64,000 nt of DNA. Origin: Lytechinus pictus. Its lineage: Eukaryota. Shown one piece after another: positions 1 through 13,789 of this stretch. The notes under the pieces were generated by a model. It ran no database searches and was not told the origin of the DNA. It saw only the letters and a program-made list of their open reading frames with translations. The position numbers were made by a program, and so were the translations under genes. The stretch's first letter is position 1. The number at the start of each line of letters is the position of its first letter. The stretch spans positions 33,048,001-33,112,000 of the forward strand of contig NC_087245.1 of assembly GCF_037042905.1 (NCBI RefSeq), in the 5' to 3' direction.

Positions 1-46
1 ATATATTAGATAATACTTTACTTCATGTATAAATGCAGCATCAATA

Positions 47-522
47 GGTGGTTTCAAACCGCCTCGATCACAAGAATCCCCGTTAAATTACGAGAACTTT
101 TTTAGGCTGAAAAATACCCATTAATTATTCCTGCATTCACACCGCCCTGAAACATACCCTTCGGGATAAGTTCCTGAAGTTACGAGCATGCGCAGTATGG
201 TCTGATAAGCAGCAAGGCGCGAAATTCAAAATCACTAGCCCAGCAGCAACCCATGCACGGCGCCGCACCCAACGACACGCTGGGCTAAAAGTTCCCGTAA
301 TTTGCTTTCAGACCGCCAAAATACCCACGACCTTGGAAAAATCCCCGCGAAAGTTCTCGTAATTTCGCCAAGTACCTACTATTTATCGGGTATTTTCTTT
401 CGGGGATATTACGCGTAGTTTGCTTTCACACCGCCAAAATGCCTGGTATTTTCTGATCGGGGTAAATTTCCCGATCAGAGAATACCTGGAACTGGCAAAC
501 TTCGAGGCGGTCTGAAACCACC
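47..522. mobile_element. MITE with ~21-bp TIRs GGTGGTTTCAAACCGCCTCGA
   Basis: TIRs 47-67 and 502-522 (1 mismatch), flanked by TA on both sides. Confidence 0.85.
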
Positions 523-526
523 TAAT

Positions 527-595
527 GTGTAGTGGCCTGATTCTCGCCTTGTAATCAGAGGGTCTGGGTTCATATTCCAGCACGGCCACGGTATC
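527..595 (+). mobile_element. tRNA-derived SINE head remnant
   Basis: A-box-like TAGTGG and B-box-like GGTTCATATTCC with tRNA spacing; no full cloverleaf. Confidence 0.45.
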
Positions 596-3120
596 AATCT
601 ACACACTTGGCTACTCTCCACCTATCAATATGAAAGCCAATGTAGTCCATGCATGCATAGCAATGGAATCAACTTTGAAAAGTCTTGCTAAAATAGTCCC
701 AAGAGAGTGGAGAAAGTCTAGATGATTATGTCTGGGGTAATCAAATAACTGGCTAGTGCTATAATAGAAACATTCTTCCAACATGTACATGTTTAAACAG
801 GTATTAAGCACTACATAAAAGCAGATTATCATTATCATATAAAACTAACAATTCTGCTTTTACATATTGCTTCCTGTTTTAAAGCATGAATTGACATACA
901 CTTGACCATGACGCATGGCTCGATCACAAAAGATCGACGCCGAGTGCAACACGCTGTTTGACACGAGAACAAAATGACACGCGAGGAGAAATAATGGCGT
1001 CTGTGGGCGTGTATTCGCGCGTGTTACACACATCCGGGTTGGATGGCTCGCCGCGTGTCCGAGTGTACTCAAAGATTGCTGACTGGTACTGTACATGTCA
1101 TGTTTATATAACTTAATATCATACTTGGTAATAAAAAAATGGAGGAAATCATATTCACCATTTGCATCATCTGAGTCCAAGGACAAGAGACAGATCATTA
1201 AAATCATGAATTATCATCCATCAACATTACTTTTGATTTTATGTTTTGCAGTGGTTGCAATTTATAATCGCGATATATATTTTGTTTCACAGTGACGAAG
1301 TAACTGCTGTCACTGCTCATACAATAATTCAAGTTTTCTATATTATATATCACTAGTCAAATTTCCTTTCTTTATTTTACCAATTAAGAATTATCTGTTT
1401 AAAAAAAATGTTCACAATAAACATAAAACTCACAAAGACTACAGTATAGGGCTGATAGTCTAATAAAGATCATTTACTTCATATACTTCTAAGATCATAT
1501 CTGCCTTCATTAAGGTAAATTAACTCAAGTAGTCGCAGCAAGCGATGATTAAAAGCCTTTGAAGTTAAGGTTTATCATTACCATATGATTAATAGATCTA
1601 CAGTATGTCTAGAATTCTTAATTTTTGGTACATGTACATGTATGTCTACTTGTCTAGAGCTGACCCCAAGAAATCTATAAAGCTGAAAATTGAGAACACT
1701 AGTGATAATAATGGGAAAGTGTATTGCCAGTGTTTGGAATCAAGAGTAGGATTCAATTTGTTTATTACTAAGTTTTTTATATCTATTTATTATTATTATA
1801 TACATTTTTTTTGGGGGGGGGGGTAGGACAACAAGAGGAATTACCTGCAATACAAACACTTACCTAGCTAGAAGGTAAAGCTATTATAACCATGCCACCA
1901 TCTGTACGTCAACTTTAACCCAAATTCTTAAAGGCTGATGGAATTCTCAAGTTACATCAACAATCACAGGTAAATATGACGTCACAGTGGAATAATCCTA
2001 CATCCTGGATATACATGTAGATGAAACCCACTGTTTCCCCATCCAATAAAATATACACATCACCTAATTTGAATGACTAAAATGAATACAAATAAAGATT
2101 GCCATTTGTGTGTCAATCATATCTGTATCAAAGTTTAATGCACTTCGTCTACAATGTACAGCAGCTCAACGTCCACTTACGACATAGGTGTAGATTATGT
2201 GTACCTAGATAAACACCCAACTATTAAATGCATGACAGATTTTAGTGTCATCAATGCAGTGAGCTGTTGTTATTGAACAACTATTAACTGATTTTCAATG
2301 GGATGATTCTCGGATTCACAATGGATATTTGGCTTTGTATTTCCAATTCAAAGTCTTAAATAGAATTGTGTTTTATATGACATTCTATTTAAACTTATTG
2401 TTCATGAACTGATTTTTGGTGCTGTACATGTAGGTGAACAGGGCAGTGTTTCCATGGCTGAGGGCAAGGACATACATGTATCACTTGCTAAGGGCAAGGC
2501 CACATACACTCGGCGCCCTCTATAAGGCAGTTATGTCCATGCTATGGCAGGCATGTTTGTCAAGCACCACGGTGCAATTCACCCTCATTAGCGCTGACAT
2601 TTCTCCCCGATTCCTTAGACAAAGGGATGCCCGGTGTACCCCCGTCAGAGCATTTGGTGTACGTGATGACCGTGCATTTGGGTCAGGCATCCTGTGAGTA
2701 CATGATGGGACCCTCCTACATGTAGGATCATGCTCAGTACACAGTCATTTAAAGGAATCTGCACATCCATCCATCCAGTGGGATAAATTGATATACAACA
2801 CCACCTTATGGTGTGAAGTTGTGAACCCTGATATGACGTAATTAGATCAAGCATGTTGCATTTTTAAAGAGCTAGTTATGATATATAATCCAAGATGTAT
2901 TGAATATTCAAGCAAATTGAAAAACATTGGGTTAAAGATTTGAAGTTACATGTAAATTCAATAGGAACTGTAATGCAGAACTACAAAAGTGAGATCTTAA
3001 TCTATGCTGACCAACCTAGAAATTCTAATATTGTTTTTATCAATAAACGACATCTCGCATCATACATGTACATGTATGCATATGATAACCCCAATCATCA
3101 GATCATAGACTGTACATCAG

Positions 3121-3276
3121 GGGAGTGTTTCATCAACATTTTCATCCGACAAGTTGTCAGATCTGACATCTTTCTCTGATGTTGATTGGCTGAGAGGTAC
3201 TGTTACTATGGTAACTGTCGGATAAAATGGGACTTGTCGGATAAAACGTCCGACAAGTCCTTTCATGAAACGCCCC
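3121..3276. mobile_element. PIF/Harbinger-type MITE (CWG TSD family)
   Basis: TIR GGGAGTGTTTCAT / ATGAAACGCCCC with a CAG duplication; related inverted copy at 50632-50768. Confidence 0.85.
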
Positions 3277-3719
3277 CAGAAGTCTGGAATAGCACCCCTA
3301 CCTCCACCCCCCCCCCAAAAAAAAAGGATGTTTGAAAGGCAAAGGCAGTATGCTATTAAAGCCACTTTGGCTTATTATGAGATTGCTTTTAATTTAAAAC
3401 ACAGCATCTAAAAGCCTTCTAAATTAGTCACCATGATATGGATGAATCGGGGGCATAAAGCAAGGTATTTATTATACATGAAATATAAAAAATGAAGACC
3501 CATTATACTAACTAAAAATCAATAGAGTAACACAAATCAAACAAATAATATTAAGCTCGGGATAAAAAAGGATAGGATAATTGTAAAATCATAACACCAA
3601 TAATTATCCCCAAAAGCCACAAATGCTGACATGGAGGGAATATACTGTATGTATGGGTCCTCAGCATTTAAAGTTTGAGTTTTACAAATTATAAATTTCT
3701 AAGCGATGCATACTACATG

Positions 3720-3910
3720 AATACCCTGGGATTAGCACAGCTACCCTGATCGAGTGCTAGGCTTTCAAACAATTCCTTTCTATTGGGTACCATTAAACAC
3801 ACCTGGGTGGAGAGTGGCAAATGTAAATAAATGGCTTGCAAAATGTCACAAGAGTTGCTGTGGGATCTGGGCCCTGCACCTTTTGGTTCAAAGTTGACTT
3901 ATGCAACCAT
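3720..3910 (-). mobile_element. tRNA-derived SINE fragment
   Basis: Minus strand carries the CTCTCCACCCAGGTGTG...AATGGTACCC block after a degenerate tRNA-like head; a similar block occurs at 51710-51745. Confidence 0.6.
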
Positions 3911-5182
3911 GAATCGATACTTGCAAATTGTAGGGGCTGGTTGCCCCGTTCCCTTTTTGGAAAAGCACTGACAATTACATATCAATTTCATTCTCTTTAC
4001 AATACATGTGAATCATTTTCAAACATGTAGCGCTAGAAGCTATCTTAAAATGATTACATGATGTGACTAGTCAACATGCTTTCCTCCCATGATCAACAAG
4101 TACTAGTAAACAACAACCAATGGAGACAGTCGGTGTCTAGTCACATGACAGTATCCAGGGCAGTGGTGTAATGTACATCTAGGTCACTTAAGGTCAATGT
4201 GAAGCCAAGGGTGTATTAAAGATTATGCATGGAACAAATGACATTGCATCCACGTCTTGAGATGCTATTCCCAATTAAGTAATGGGACGTTTGCATTTGC
4301 AACATTCACTGGGCTTGTTTTTCATCAACAATTTGCATGGCATCGCCGTGAAAATCCCCACTTATCTCAGAAACTAAAATACATTGCTGCCTAGAAATTT
4401 AGTTATGAATGGAATAGGACTTGTACTTTCATTTTCTGCAAAAATCTCAAAATCAATTCAATTTTAACCAAAATTGACTGGAAAGACTGTTCAGATGAAC
4501 GCCAACAAATTAATGTATTGATTAATGATGTGTTTAACCATTAAAAAGCGAGGTCAATTACTATTAAAGATCTTGCTATCATGATCAATTAGCTCAAGTA
4601 ATTTGCCATACATGTAATTATTGAAGAGATAAACCTGTTCAACTGGCAGTGCATCTCTTCATTCTCACTATGCTTGTGTAATACTAACAGAGAAAAATAT
4701 AACTAGGGGCTGATGGTGATTTAGCCCCTAAAATATAAAAGAGCCCCAATAGCCAACTTCACTGCCCTTAAAGGTTAGAACATAATATTGAATGAAAAGA
4801 GGCATTAATTAGCCAATACAGATTTTTTTTGTTATCAAATAACGATCACTTGGATAATGAACATTGAAAATTATATACATGTATTCCACTGTAATTACCT
4901 ACATGTAGTCAACTGGGATAAATGGGTTTAATAAAATGACAGCATAAATCTTTTTAAAACACAAACCTATATTCTGTAATTATGTTTGGCCATCCAATCA
5001 GTATGCACAATTTTCAAGCAGCAATATGTAGATTTCCCTTTTCCAAGTTGCTTCCTTTTATTTTGTTATCATGATCAGTTCACATTGCACAGCTTTGTGC
5101 TGTATTCAACCATTTTCAAACAGAACTTCGTAATAATTGCTATAATGGTGTAATTGCTCATGCAATCTCTCTAAAATTGATA

Positions 5183-5878
5183 GGTGGGCAATTCCAAGCA
5201 AAAGTGGACATTTTCAAAAAAATTATATTGGTTCTATTTTAAATCTAGATCAGATTTTTCTATTAAAACTCATATGGGATTTCAAAAATACAAAAGGGGA
5301 ACATAATTAGCCACATTTTTTTTAACGCATCTTATAGGAGAATCCAAACCATACAAAAATTATATACATGGGACTACATATATTGTTTTGACTTAATTTC
5401 AATTTAACAGAAAACTATTGCTCGTTTTGTAAAATTTTCTTTGCTTGTGTGTGAATATTTCAGATGTCACTCCGTAACCGTCACTCCGTAACCGGGTATG
5501 GGTTTATGTTTTAAGTTGTAATTAATGAAAAAATACAGAAATTTTTTAATGTAATGCAGCATATTAAACTAGAACAACATAGAATCCAATCAATAACTCA
5601 ATATTGTGATAGCCATTTAAAGTTCAGTTTGAGTTCAGTTTGAGCAATATGATTTCTCCTCAAATATGCACGTCACTCTGTAACCATGTTTATGAATATT
5701 CATATCTCATTAATTCAGTAGATCAAAATAACAAAATAAAACTTTGAAAAGTGGGTTTCAGCAACTACTGTCAGGTACCACTTCTTTGCAAATAACTATT
5801 TAAATATGGGTGATATCTTTGTTTGAATGCTAAAAACATGTTTCTGAATGTCACTCTGTAACCGTGGAACTACCCAGC
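5183..5878. mobile_element. MITE with imperfect TIR (GGTGGGCAATTCCA / TGGAACTACCCAGC) and internal GTCACTCYGTAACC repeats
   Basis: TA flanks; the internal motif recurs at 5466, 5480, 5672 and 5850. Confidence 0.65.
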
Positions 5879-5939
5879 TAATAAAAATGTACTAAAGCTG
5901 TTTATCAAATTGTTTTAATACCCGAAAGCAAAAGAGAAT

Positions 5940-7053
5940 ACTAGTAAGTGGAGCGCCTCTGGCAGTCTCACCTGCATTACGTGATTCAATATAGCAGCAG
6001 TGCTGGCTTTGAAAACTACTATAAAAGGATTATTCACAAAAACACCATTCATATAATGATCCAAGTCTATGTTCATTGACCCTTAATATTTGACCTTGAT
6101 CATGTGACCTAAGACTTGTCAGTGATCCGGGGGGGGGGGGGGGGGGGGCCACTTACATTGACGAGTGGATACCATGCGCGACCAGAAAAAACATGTAAAA
6201 AGGATGTCTTTTTCAAGATAGGGCATGTAACATACGTAACGTAATAGGGTGTCAAAAACACTAAAATAATGAAAAAAGGGTATCTATTTTCGCTAGGAAA
6301 GCTACGTATTAAGGGTCAAATTTGCGAGGGTGTAAACAATTAAAACTAAAATAATGATAAAGGATGTACTTTTTGCCCCAAGAGTCAACACTACGTGTTT
6401 AGAGTACGATTTTGCGCAAGATGTGGGAGGTGGGGCTGTACTATAAACCCAATCAGGTAAAGGTAAAGCCAACGACCGACGACAGTGACATAACAATAAA
6501 AATATTGTTGTACTTTTAGGGGGTCAATTCAGGGAATACTTGCCAAGAGTATCGTTTTGTTTCCAATACTTGTTAAGGGTAGGGTTTCACACGCCAATAC
6601 TTCTTAAGGGGTGCATTTTCAGAATATGAAAATACGCGTTTAGGGTGCTTTTCGAAACCCTGTGGTCGCGCATGGTATCCACTCGTCAATGGAAGTGGGC
6701 CCCCTGGGTCAGTGATACTTGATTATCCATATGTCCACATTTCATAAACTAATAAATGACTTTTGACCTTAATCATGTGACCTAAAACTCGCACAGGATG
6801 TTCAGTGATACTTGAATACTCTTATGTCCAAGTTTTATGAATCAGATCCATAAACTTTCAAAGTTATGATGGTAATTCAACTAATACCCCAACGTGCCCA
6901 AAGTTCATTGACCTTAAATGACCTTTGACCTTGGTCATGTGACCTGAAACTCACACAGAATGTTCAGTGAAAAATGATTACTCTTATGTCCAAGTTATAT
7001 GAATAAGATTCATAAACTTTCGAAGTTATGATGAAATTTCAAAAACTTAACCA
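5940..7053 (-). mobile_element. Truncated Helentron-derived (HINE/pearl-like) tandem-repeat element, interrupted by a hAT MITE
   Basis: Same end sequence (GTCTCACCTGCAT...AATATAGCAGCAGTGCTG) and TGACCT-rich ~160-bp units as the copies at 21799 and 33595. Confidence 0.8.
6127..6708. mobile_element. hAT-type MITE with poly-G/poly-C termini
   Basis: Subterminal IR CCACTT.CATTGACGAGTGGATACCATGCGCGACC; 8-bp TSD TCAGTGAT at 6119-6126 and 6709-6716. Confidence 0.9.
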
Positions 7054-7336
7054 TATGCAAGTAAAAACAAAAATGGTAGTGTATTATGTTTTTATTTCCT
7101 GTACCGTATGCATTTTTCCCAATTCGTCCATTTTGTTTTCAGCGTTTCTTTCGTTTTTAAATATACAGCTTCACATAACTGAAACTGATTTAATATCATT
7201 ATTTACCTGAAAATGAGAACCAAGCTGCTTTGTACATGGAAGTAATGTCAATGCCACACATACTACAGCACGTACATGTGGGTGTAGATACCATCATAAT
7301 TTCCAGTAAAGGGCACTGAAGAAACCAATCTTAGTA

Positions 7337-8000
7337 ACATTACCCATCCCATCACACACAAGCAGATCCTCAATTCGTCTCATATACCCTCTTCACACTT
7401 GAAGACAAATTCCAAAGTCCATTTGGTTAGATATACAAGACTGACTTATTACCCATCCCATCCTAATGTTGATCCCATCATGCACATGCTGTGCCCCAAT
7501 GTATAAAAGTTACCATTATGGTAACTTTGCCATCCAATAGTAACTTGCATGGAATACTTGTCTTTGATTGGCTGTTGATCAGCGTTACCATGGTAGTTAC
7601 CACTGGATGGAAAATATACCAGAATGGTAACTTTTATGCAACAGGGGGGGGGGGGCTACCCTCTTCACACTTAAAGACTAATCCTGGCATCCATTTGGTT
7701 AAATAGACAAGACTTTATTACCCGGTAGTTAATATTACCCACCCCATTCCAATCTTGGTGACATTATCCATCCCAATGCACACAAGCAGATCCTCAATTC
7801 GTCTCATGCACCCTCTTCACACTTGAAGACTAATCCTAACATCCATTTGGTTAGACAAAGAAGACTTATTAGTTAACAGTGCCCACCCCCATCCCAATCT
7901 TGCAGACATCACCCATCTCATCACACACAAGTGGATCCACAGTCCATCCCATACCCTGTTCATACTTGAAGACTAATCCTATCATCTGTTTGGTTAAATG
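7337..8000 (+). repeat. Degenerate tandem repeat (4 units), interrupted by a MITE
   Basis: CCCTCTTCACACTTGAAGAC...CCATTTGGTTA recurs at about 7387, 7659, 7811 and 7954. Confidence 0.75.
7492..7650. mobile_element. PIF/Harbinger-type MITE (ATAAAAGTTACCAT family)
   Basis: IR ATAAAAGTTACCATT / AATGGTAACTTTTAT; a second copy lies at 57753-58356. Confidence 0.8.
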
Positions 8001-8664
8001 GACTTGACTGTATTAGGGGGTCTTGCATGAAAATATTTGCAATCAATTGCAAATCATGAAAGGGGTACTTCTGATGAGATGATCGAGGAACACTACCTTG
8101 GGACCATGTCCATGTAGCTCAAGAGATGGTGTTTATGAGCCAACAGCATTCCGAGGTCCTTACTGAGGAAACCTGATAGATTTGCCAAAGGTAGCGGTGA
8201 AATTGAGACTACCAAAATGCCTGCAGTAGGTAGCAATGGACCTTGAAAATGCTGCAATCAAATTTCTACAAGACATATGCATGGACATAGACCTGACAAA
8301 AGTGGCATTCAAACTGTATACATGTACATGTAAGTGTTACATGAAATTAATATTCATAAAATTGTAGGGTTGACAGTGTACACTGTAGAAACCAATTAAT
8401 TAATTTCAAGCTCCTATCTCAAAGGTTTGCATAGACATTTTGTTCTGAAATTCAAATTTACTTGCAATTTTACATAAGTCTGAAAGCATTTTTCTTAACA
8501 TTTTGATCAAAATGAAAAAAAAACATTTGTACTCTACCACAAAAATCAAGGTTTTTCCATGCATTCATCTTCATTTATTTCATTCATTCTTACCAGATAA
8601 GGGTGAGTGATATGACCTGGTTCTCTATTAAATTGAATAGGCCTTAAGGAAAATATATTTTTGT

Positions 8665-8751
8665 CACAGTCATAACTCTGTGTTTACACAGTCAAAACTC
8701 TGTGTTAACACAGTCAAAACTCTGTGTTTACAGTCATAACTCTGTGTTTAC
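8665..8751 (+). repeat. ~21-bp tandem repeat x4 (ACAGTCAWAACTCTGTGTTTAC)
   Basis: Directly visible. Confidence 0.85.
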
Positions 8752-9859
8752 TTTTAAGTGATAGTGTATTTAAGTGATAGTGTATTTTTTCAAGAAAAAA
8801 CAGAAATTATACAGCAATGCCATTTATTCAATACCTGTTATGACCTGGAACAAATTCACACATTGGACAATACTTTGTTCTGCAGTGTTATTTTCTGATT
8901 GGGATTGATTGTTCGTTTAATATTTTGCTGAAGTTGCATTCCAGAGCTTTTAAAAAGTTTAAACACAATCCAATGGCAATGCAACTCTATAATTAGGAAA
9001 TAGAAAACTGGAGATACTTTTTTTTATATCCAAAGGTCCAATATAAATGTCCAAAATTATTTTAATAGCCTAGCCAAACAGGAAACAAGTTGTGGGAATA
9101 ATGTAAACTACAGTATTTTTCAAATTGTGACAGTTTCAATAATAAGGCACATTTTCTTACAACGTTCTATGTCAATATACATGTAGAAAGTACTTGTTTA
9201 TTTTCCCTGAAAAATTATAATAAATTTCATAACTTCTTTCAGTTTTGTTACTCCTGTAAATTTTAAAGGAAATTCTACTTTTTCACAATCCAAGGAAAAT
9301 CACTGTAGTATTTATACAAAAAAGGGAATTCATTTGTATTTATTGACAAATTGCACTGACCTGAAAAGAAGTCAAACGAGACCTACGATGTGGAAACAAA
9401 AAAATCAACAGTACAAGGTTGTTTTTTTTTCCTGTTCATTAGATACAGACCAGAGGTTCATGGGTACTCAATTGTGAACTTAATACATGTAGAAGGTACA
9501 TTCACAACTACCTCATCAAGAAAAATACCTCATATTTTGCTGGTGTGAAAGTGAAGTATTAGCTGTACATGTATCCCAAAAGAAAAAAAAGTAGGTCCTT
9601 TAAAAAAAAAATGTGGAGAAATTGTTCACGGGGGTTTCTCCAAAGAGACATGATTTTTATCTGTAGTATAAAATAACTCTTAATTCAAGGTAAGAATGTA
9701 AATCCGAAACTAAAAAAAGAATTTGAAAGAACCTTTTTTCTTCACACTAAACATTTTGCAATTCCATCTACATGTACTGTATATCACCAAAGGACGTGAT
9801 TGGAATCCCTGTACATTTATCGCTCACCTCGCAATGTTCACTCCAAATAAACATACAAG

Positions 9860-10245
9860 GGCCGTCTGCACCATCCCGAGTTTTCAAATTAGCGAGCTAT
9901 TTCTGATCCGGCAAATTATCCCGATCTGAACAATCTCGAGATTATTTGCTATGGAGACGCAATTATCGCGCTAGTTCGTAGGATTAATCTCGAGATTGCA
10001 CTTGGGATTATTTGCAAAATAGCACGCTATTTTACGAATTATCACGCTAATTCGTCGGTGCAGACGCACTCGGGATTATTTATTCACGGCTTCAGACCAT
10101 AATGAATCGATGCCTCGCTCGAGCAGGAATCGCTCTTCTTGCGATGGTGGAGACGGGGTTTCTTGAATCTCGAGATTAATCGCGAACAGGGCCGATCGGG
10201 CTAAAATCTCGAGATTGAGCAAACTCGGGATGGTGGAGCATCGCC
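9860..10245. mobile_element. MITE with IR CACCATCCCGAGTTT / AAACTCGGGATGGTG and internal AATCTCGAGATT palindromes
   Basis: Inverted ends and a CpG-rich interior. Confidence 0.8.
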
Positions 10246-12099
10246 TATAGATTGCTCACTTCCATCTCCATCCACCACCCCCCCCCCCCCCCCCCCGTAT
10301 CCCCCAGAATTTCTACCTAGCATTAGCAATTATTATACATCAACATGCCAATGACATTATTTCACACGCTCTGTCTACTGTTTACAGAGGAGCGATGTCG
10401 CGGACTTGAAAGACAAAATTGCCTTCGTGAAACGGAAAGCGCTGATTTGTCGCCAATCTTCCTATCTCGGAAGAATGGTCCTAGGACGTTCCTACGTATC
10501 GCTCATCTCGTCATGCAACAGGCCCCAGATTACTTGTAAAACAAACATCAACAGCACAATTGTTCTATATAACATATTATATTTCCTGGTATCAAAATAA
10601 AATAAAACTATGACTATTGCCTGTAATCGGCCATTCCATTCCTATATGAAATGGCTGATAGACAAACTAACGCCTCATCTTTACTAACCTTGCTGATATT
10701 AAACAATATCAAGACTTCCAAGTAAAATTCTTTGCATGGCAATACATAAAAACATAGTACACTGTCACTATCAAGATTAAGATTTCAATTCAATCAGTAA
10801 TGAATGTCCAATGTTAAGATGGAAACAATTTCCTGTTCTTGCAATTTCATTGATCAATTAATCATATAATAATTGTAGTGCCAGTAGCGGACAGGAAATA
10901 GAAATTGAGATTAAATACATATCTCATGTAGTTGTAATGTTGGGTTTTTATCATGAGATACTTAAGCCTACCAAAATGATATGATTTCCTATAAAAAAAA
11001 ATCCAAAGAGAGGAGCCAGTAGTGAACTTCAAATCAATACCATATGCCCTAACATCAAGTCTGCGAATTCAATTTCAAAGAGCTGAAGGCTAATAGGCCT
11101 ATAATCACACAGCAGACAGACTATTTATATACATACAGTACATTCTTTTTTTGCTCATACAGGCCTGTATGCTAGCCGGCAGTCAATTATTCTACAGTAG
11201 TTAAAGTCTACTTTTAAGATACATGTAATAAGCTTTAAATACAAATATTTTTTTGGATGGTATGACTGTTTTGTCAATAGATATACAATTATTAAATTTT
11301 GCCATTTTCGTACATCAATTTTATGCAGTATTTGTTAGTTCTGCTGAGTAATTAATGCAGCTTCCTGCCTGAACACTGTCTTGGGCCCGTTATACAAAGG
11401 TTAGAAATTGTTGAGGGGCAATTAATTGCAAATAATAATTGATTCGAGTGATTATTGTGTATGATAAATTTTAAAAATCAGCCCCTATGTCAAATGGCAC
11501 AGGACAGGCCCCCCCCCCCCCACCCATCAACCTACCAACCACCACATCACAAGATGTGCCTTATTACAAATATCTGAACATTATTTCTACTGTGATCCAG
11601 TGACTAGCAAAAAATATTTGCAGGTCAATGACATTCCTTGCTGTGAATAGATTCACCTTGGTGATTTTAAGGGCTTATGTAAGATCGCAATCCTCCAGGG
11701 GATATCTCTCTTTATAAAGTCAATCAGAGATTTCCTTACTTCCGCCGTTCATGCCCATTGAGTGATCTATAATCTATGCATAGCTCAAAATATGAATAAA
11801 GGAACGCCATATTTTAGCTGTTTGAAAGACAACATTACATGTACATGTACCTGTACCAAAATGTGTGTGCATTGATGAATGCTTTCATCCTCAATCTATG
11901 AAAGTCCCCCCCCCCCCCCCCCCCCCCCCCCCGTTATGGCCGTCAATAAGTCACAGTATTTTGAACTAAAAAATCAAGGGAATTTATTTTAAATAGTTAT
12001 TCATAAAGTTTGTTTGTATAAATTTCATTCAGGCATTATATGCACCCCCCTTATGTTGTAGTTTAGTGACTTTTTTTTCTATCTTTGTTATTGAAGTTT

Positions 12100-12290
12100 T
12101 TGTATAATTATTATGTTATAGGGTCAGCTACATGTAATCACACGGCTTGTTCCTTTCTTGCTGTCCCTCTCATATTCAATCCAATGTTTATTTCTATTTG
12201 TTGTTGTTGTTCTTTCTATTTTTTGAATAGATACTTTGTATATGTATGTTTTTTGTATGGATTTTTATGAGCAAATAAATTGAAATTGAA
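12100..12290 (+). mobile_element. LINE (CR1/L2-group) 3' end remnant
   Basis: Stem-loop-like segment, T-rich UTR, then AATAAA and a (TTGAAA)n tail. Confidence 0.4.
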
Positions 12291-12826
12291 CTATCTAGGG
12301 CCTCTACAGGAACTGCAGCAATGTCTATCACAATTCATTTTCATAGAGCAGTAAAATAATAAGGTCTTTGCACATCATACTTTAATAAAATGCCATATTC
12401 TTCACAGCAAGATGAGCGATGACAAACAAGACTCATCACTAAGTGCTTTCTCCAAGCGTCAGCTTTCAAATTGGCAATCAAATCTTAACTGATCACTTAA
12501 CATTACTAATCAGCTCGAGCGAGAAATCAGAATAATTCATCTTTTTCCAAAGCTTTATACTCCTCCCCTTGATTTGTGTTTTAGATGTTGCTAGTGGATG
12601 AACAAATATGAAGGATGGTATTATGAATATGGAGGCTCTTATGTAAATATATGCACTTGATATTATCTTCCACGATTACTTGCATTGCCCGAATGAAATT
12701 TCATATTTTAATTTTTTAAGTGTCGCTCTGCGGTACTCGTCTCCCAGTAATGAGATTAAATGAGACTGGTGATCCCACTCATCACAGGTATAAACCCAAC
12801 TCCAATGGCAGAACAAGACTGTCATA

Positions 12827-13236
12827 GACACCGTTCTCACTACCGTTCTAAAACTAGGTTACTGGAAACTGTTTTAACGCATGAGAACAGTCGAAGTGGT
12901 CTTAGAAGTGACCTTCCCAACCAGTTCGGAAAACCACCTCTCAATGTAGTTTTCAAGATCGCTGTGCCTCGTTAAACTGGTTTTAGCATTTAAGTTAGGA
13001 TGCAACCGTTCTTCGGGAAGCATTCTTCGCACAATTTGAGTGTGCTACTCCAGACACTGTGTGTAGAATTTCTACACTGCGGTTTCAAATTTCGCGGGAA
13101 ACATGTCACCCCACTGAGAGCATTCCCATAGCAACAAGGCCACTTTACGTGAAGTAGTTTTGAAAACCACTTTCGGCTGATCAAATGGGAACGGTAGCAA
13201 AGCGATCTACTTTTAAAGTATAATGAGAACGGTGTC
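12827..13236 (+). mobile_element. PIF/Harbinger-type MITE, GACACCGTTCTCA family, copy 1
   Basis: TIR GACACCGTTCTCA / TGAGAACGGTGTC; homologous to 26134-26581 and 28109-28559. Confidence 0.88.
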
Positions 13237-13720
13237 AAAAACTCATTTGGAGTTTCAAATGTGTCCAATTTAGTTTAACATTTCTCCTTCAATATGTGAA
13301 ATTACATGTACATACATGTACATGTATGTGAATTTTGAATTTTCTCCTAAATGTCAAAGCTATCTCTCTACATGTACATTGTACATGCAATATGCAGTAT
13401 AATGACCCTAAAAACTATTAAAGAGTAATCAAAAGCTACAGTTAAATTTTGTTTGATATAAACAGTCCATTTTCTCTCACGTCCAACAATGATGATCGAA
13501 CTGTACATGTATCACAGGAAAGAACAATTCTCTGAAAATTTTGAAAAAAAATATCAAAAGAGTAAAAATAAATGAACTAAAGTTTTCACTTTTTAGAAGC
13601 TTTCAACAATCAAAAAGGCAACACATTAAAGCACAAATTCAGGTCATAACAAAGCATGTTTTCAATTTATGCTAGCGCTTGAGCTGAAGAAAAAGGAAAC
13701 AAATGATATACGGTATATAC

Positions 13721-13789
13721 CTCTTCATCTTGTTCAGTTTCTGCCTTCTTATTTTTCTTCTTCTTTGGGCTACCATTGGTTCCTGGCAT
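13721..13789 (-). CDS. Candidate first coding exon MPGTNGSPKKKKNKKAETEQDEE
   Basis: ATG in AAGATG context with an in-frame upstream stop near 13892; 23 codons to donor GAG|GTATAT (phase 0). About 1.2 kb of apparently unique, partly CpG-rich leader lies upstream (to ~15000). Confidence 0.6.

Noticed and set aside
527..595. tRNA gene
   Set aside because: Only A/B-box-like remnants with no cloverleaf; treated as a SINE head.
1858..1905. Strong minus-strand donor AG|GTAAGT as an exon end
   Set aside because: The acceptor is poor and there are stops in the likely frames; probably a repeat remnant.
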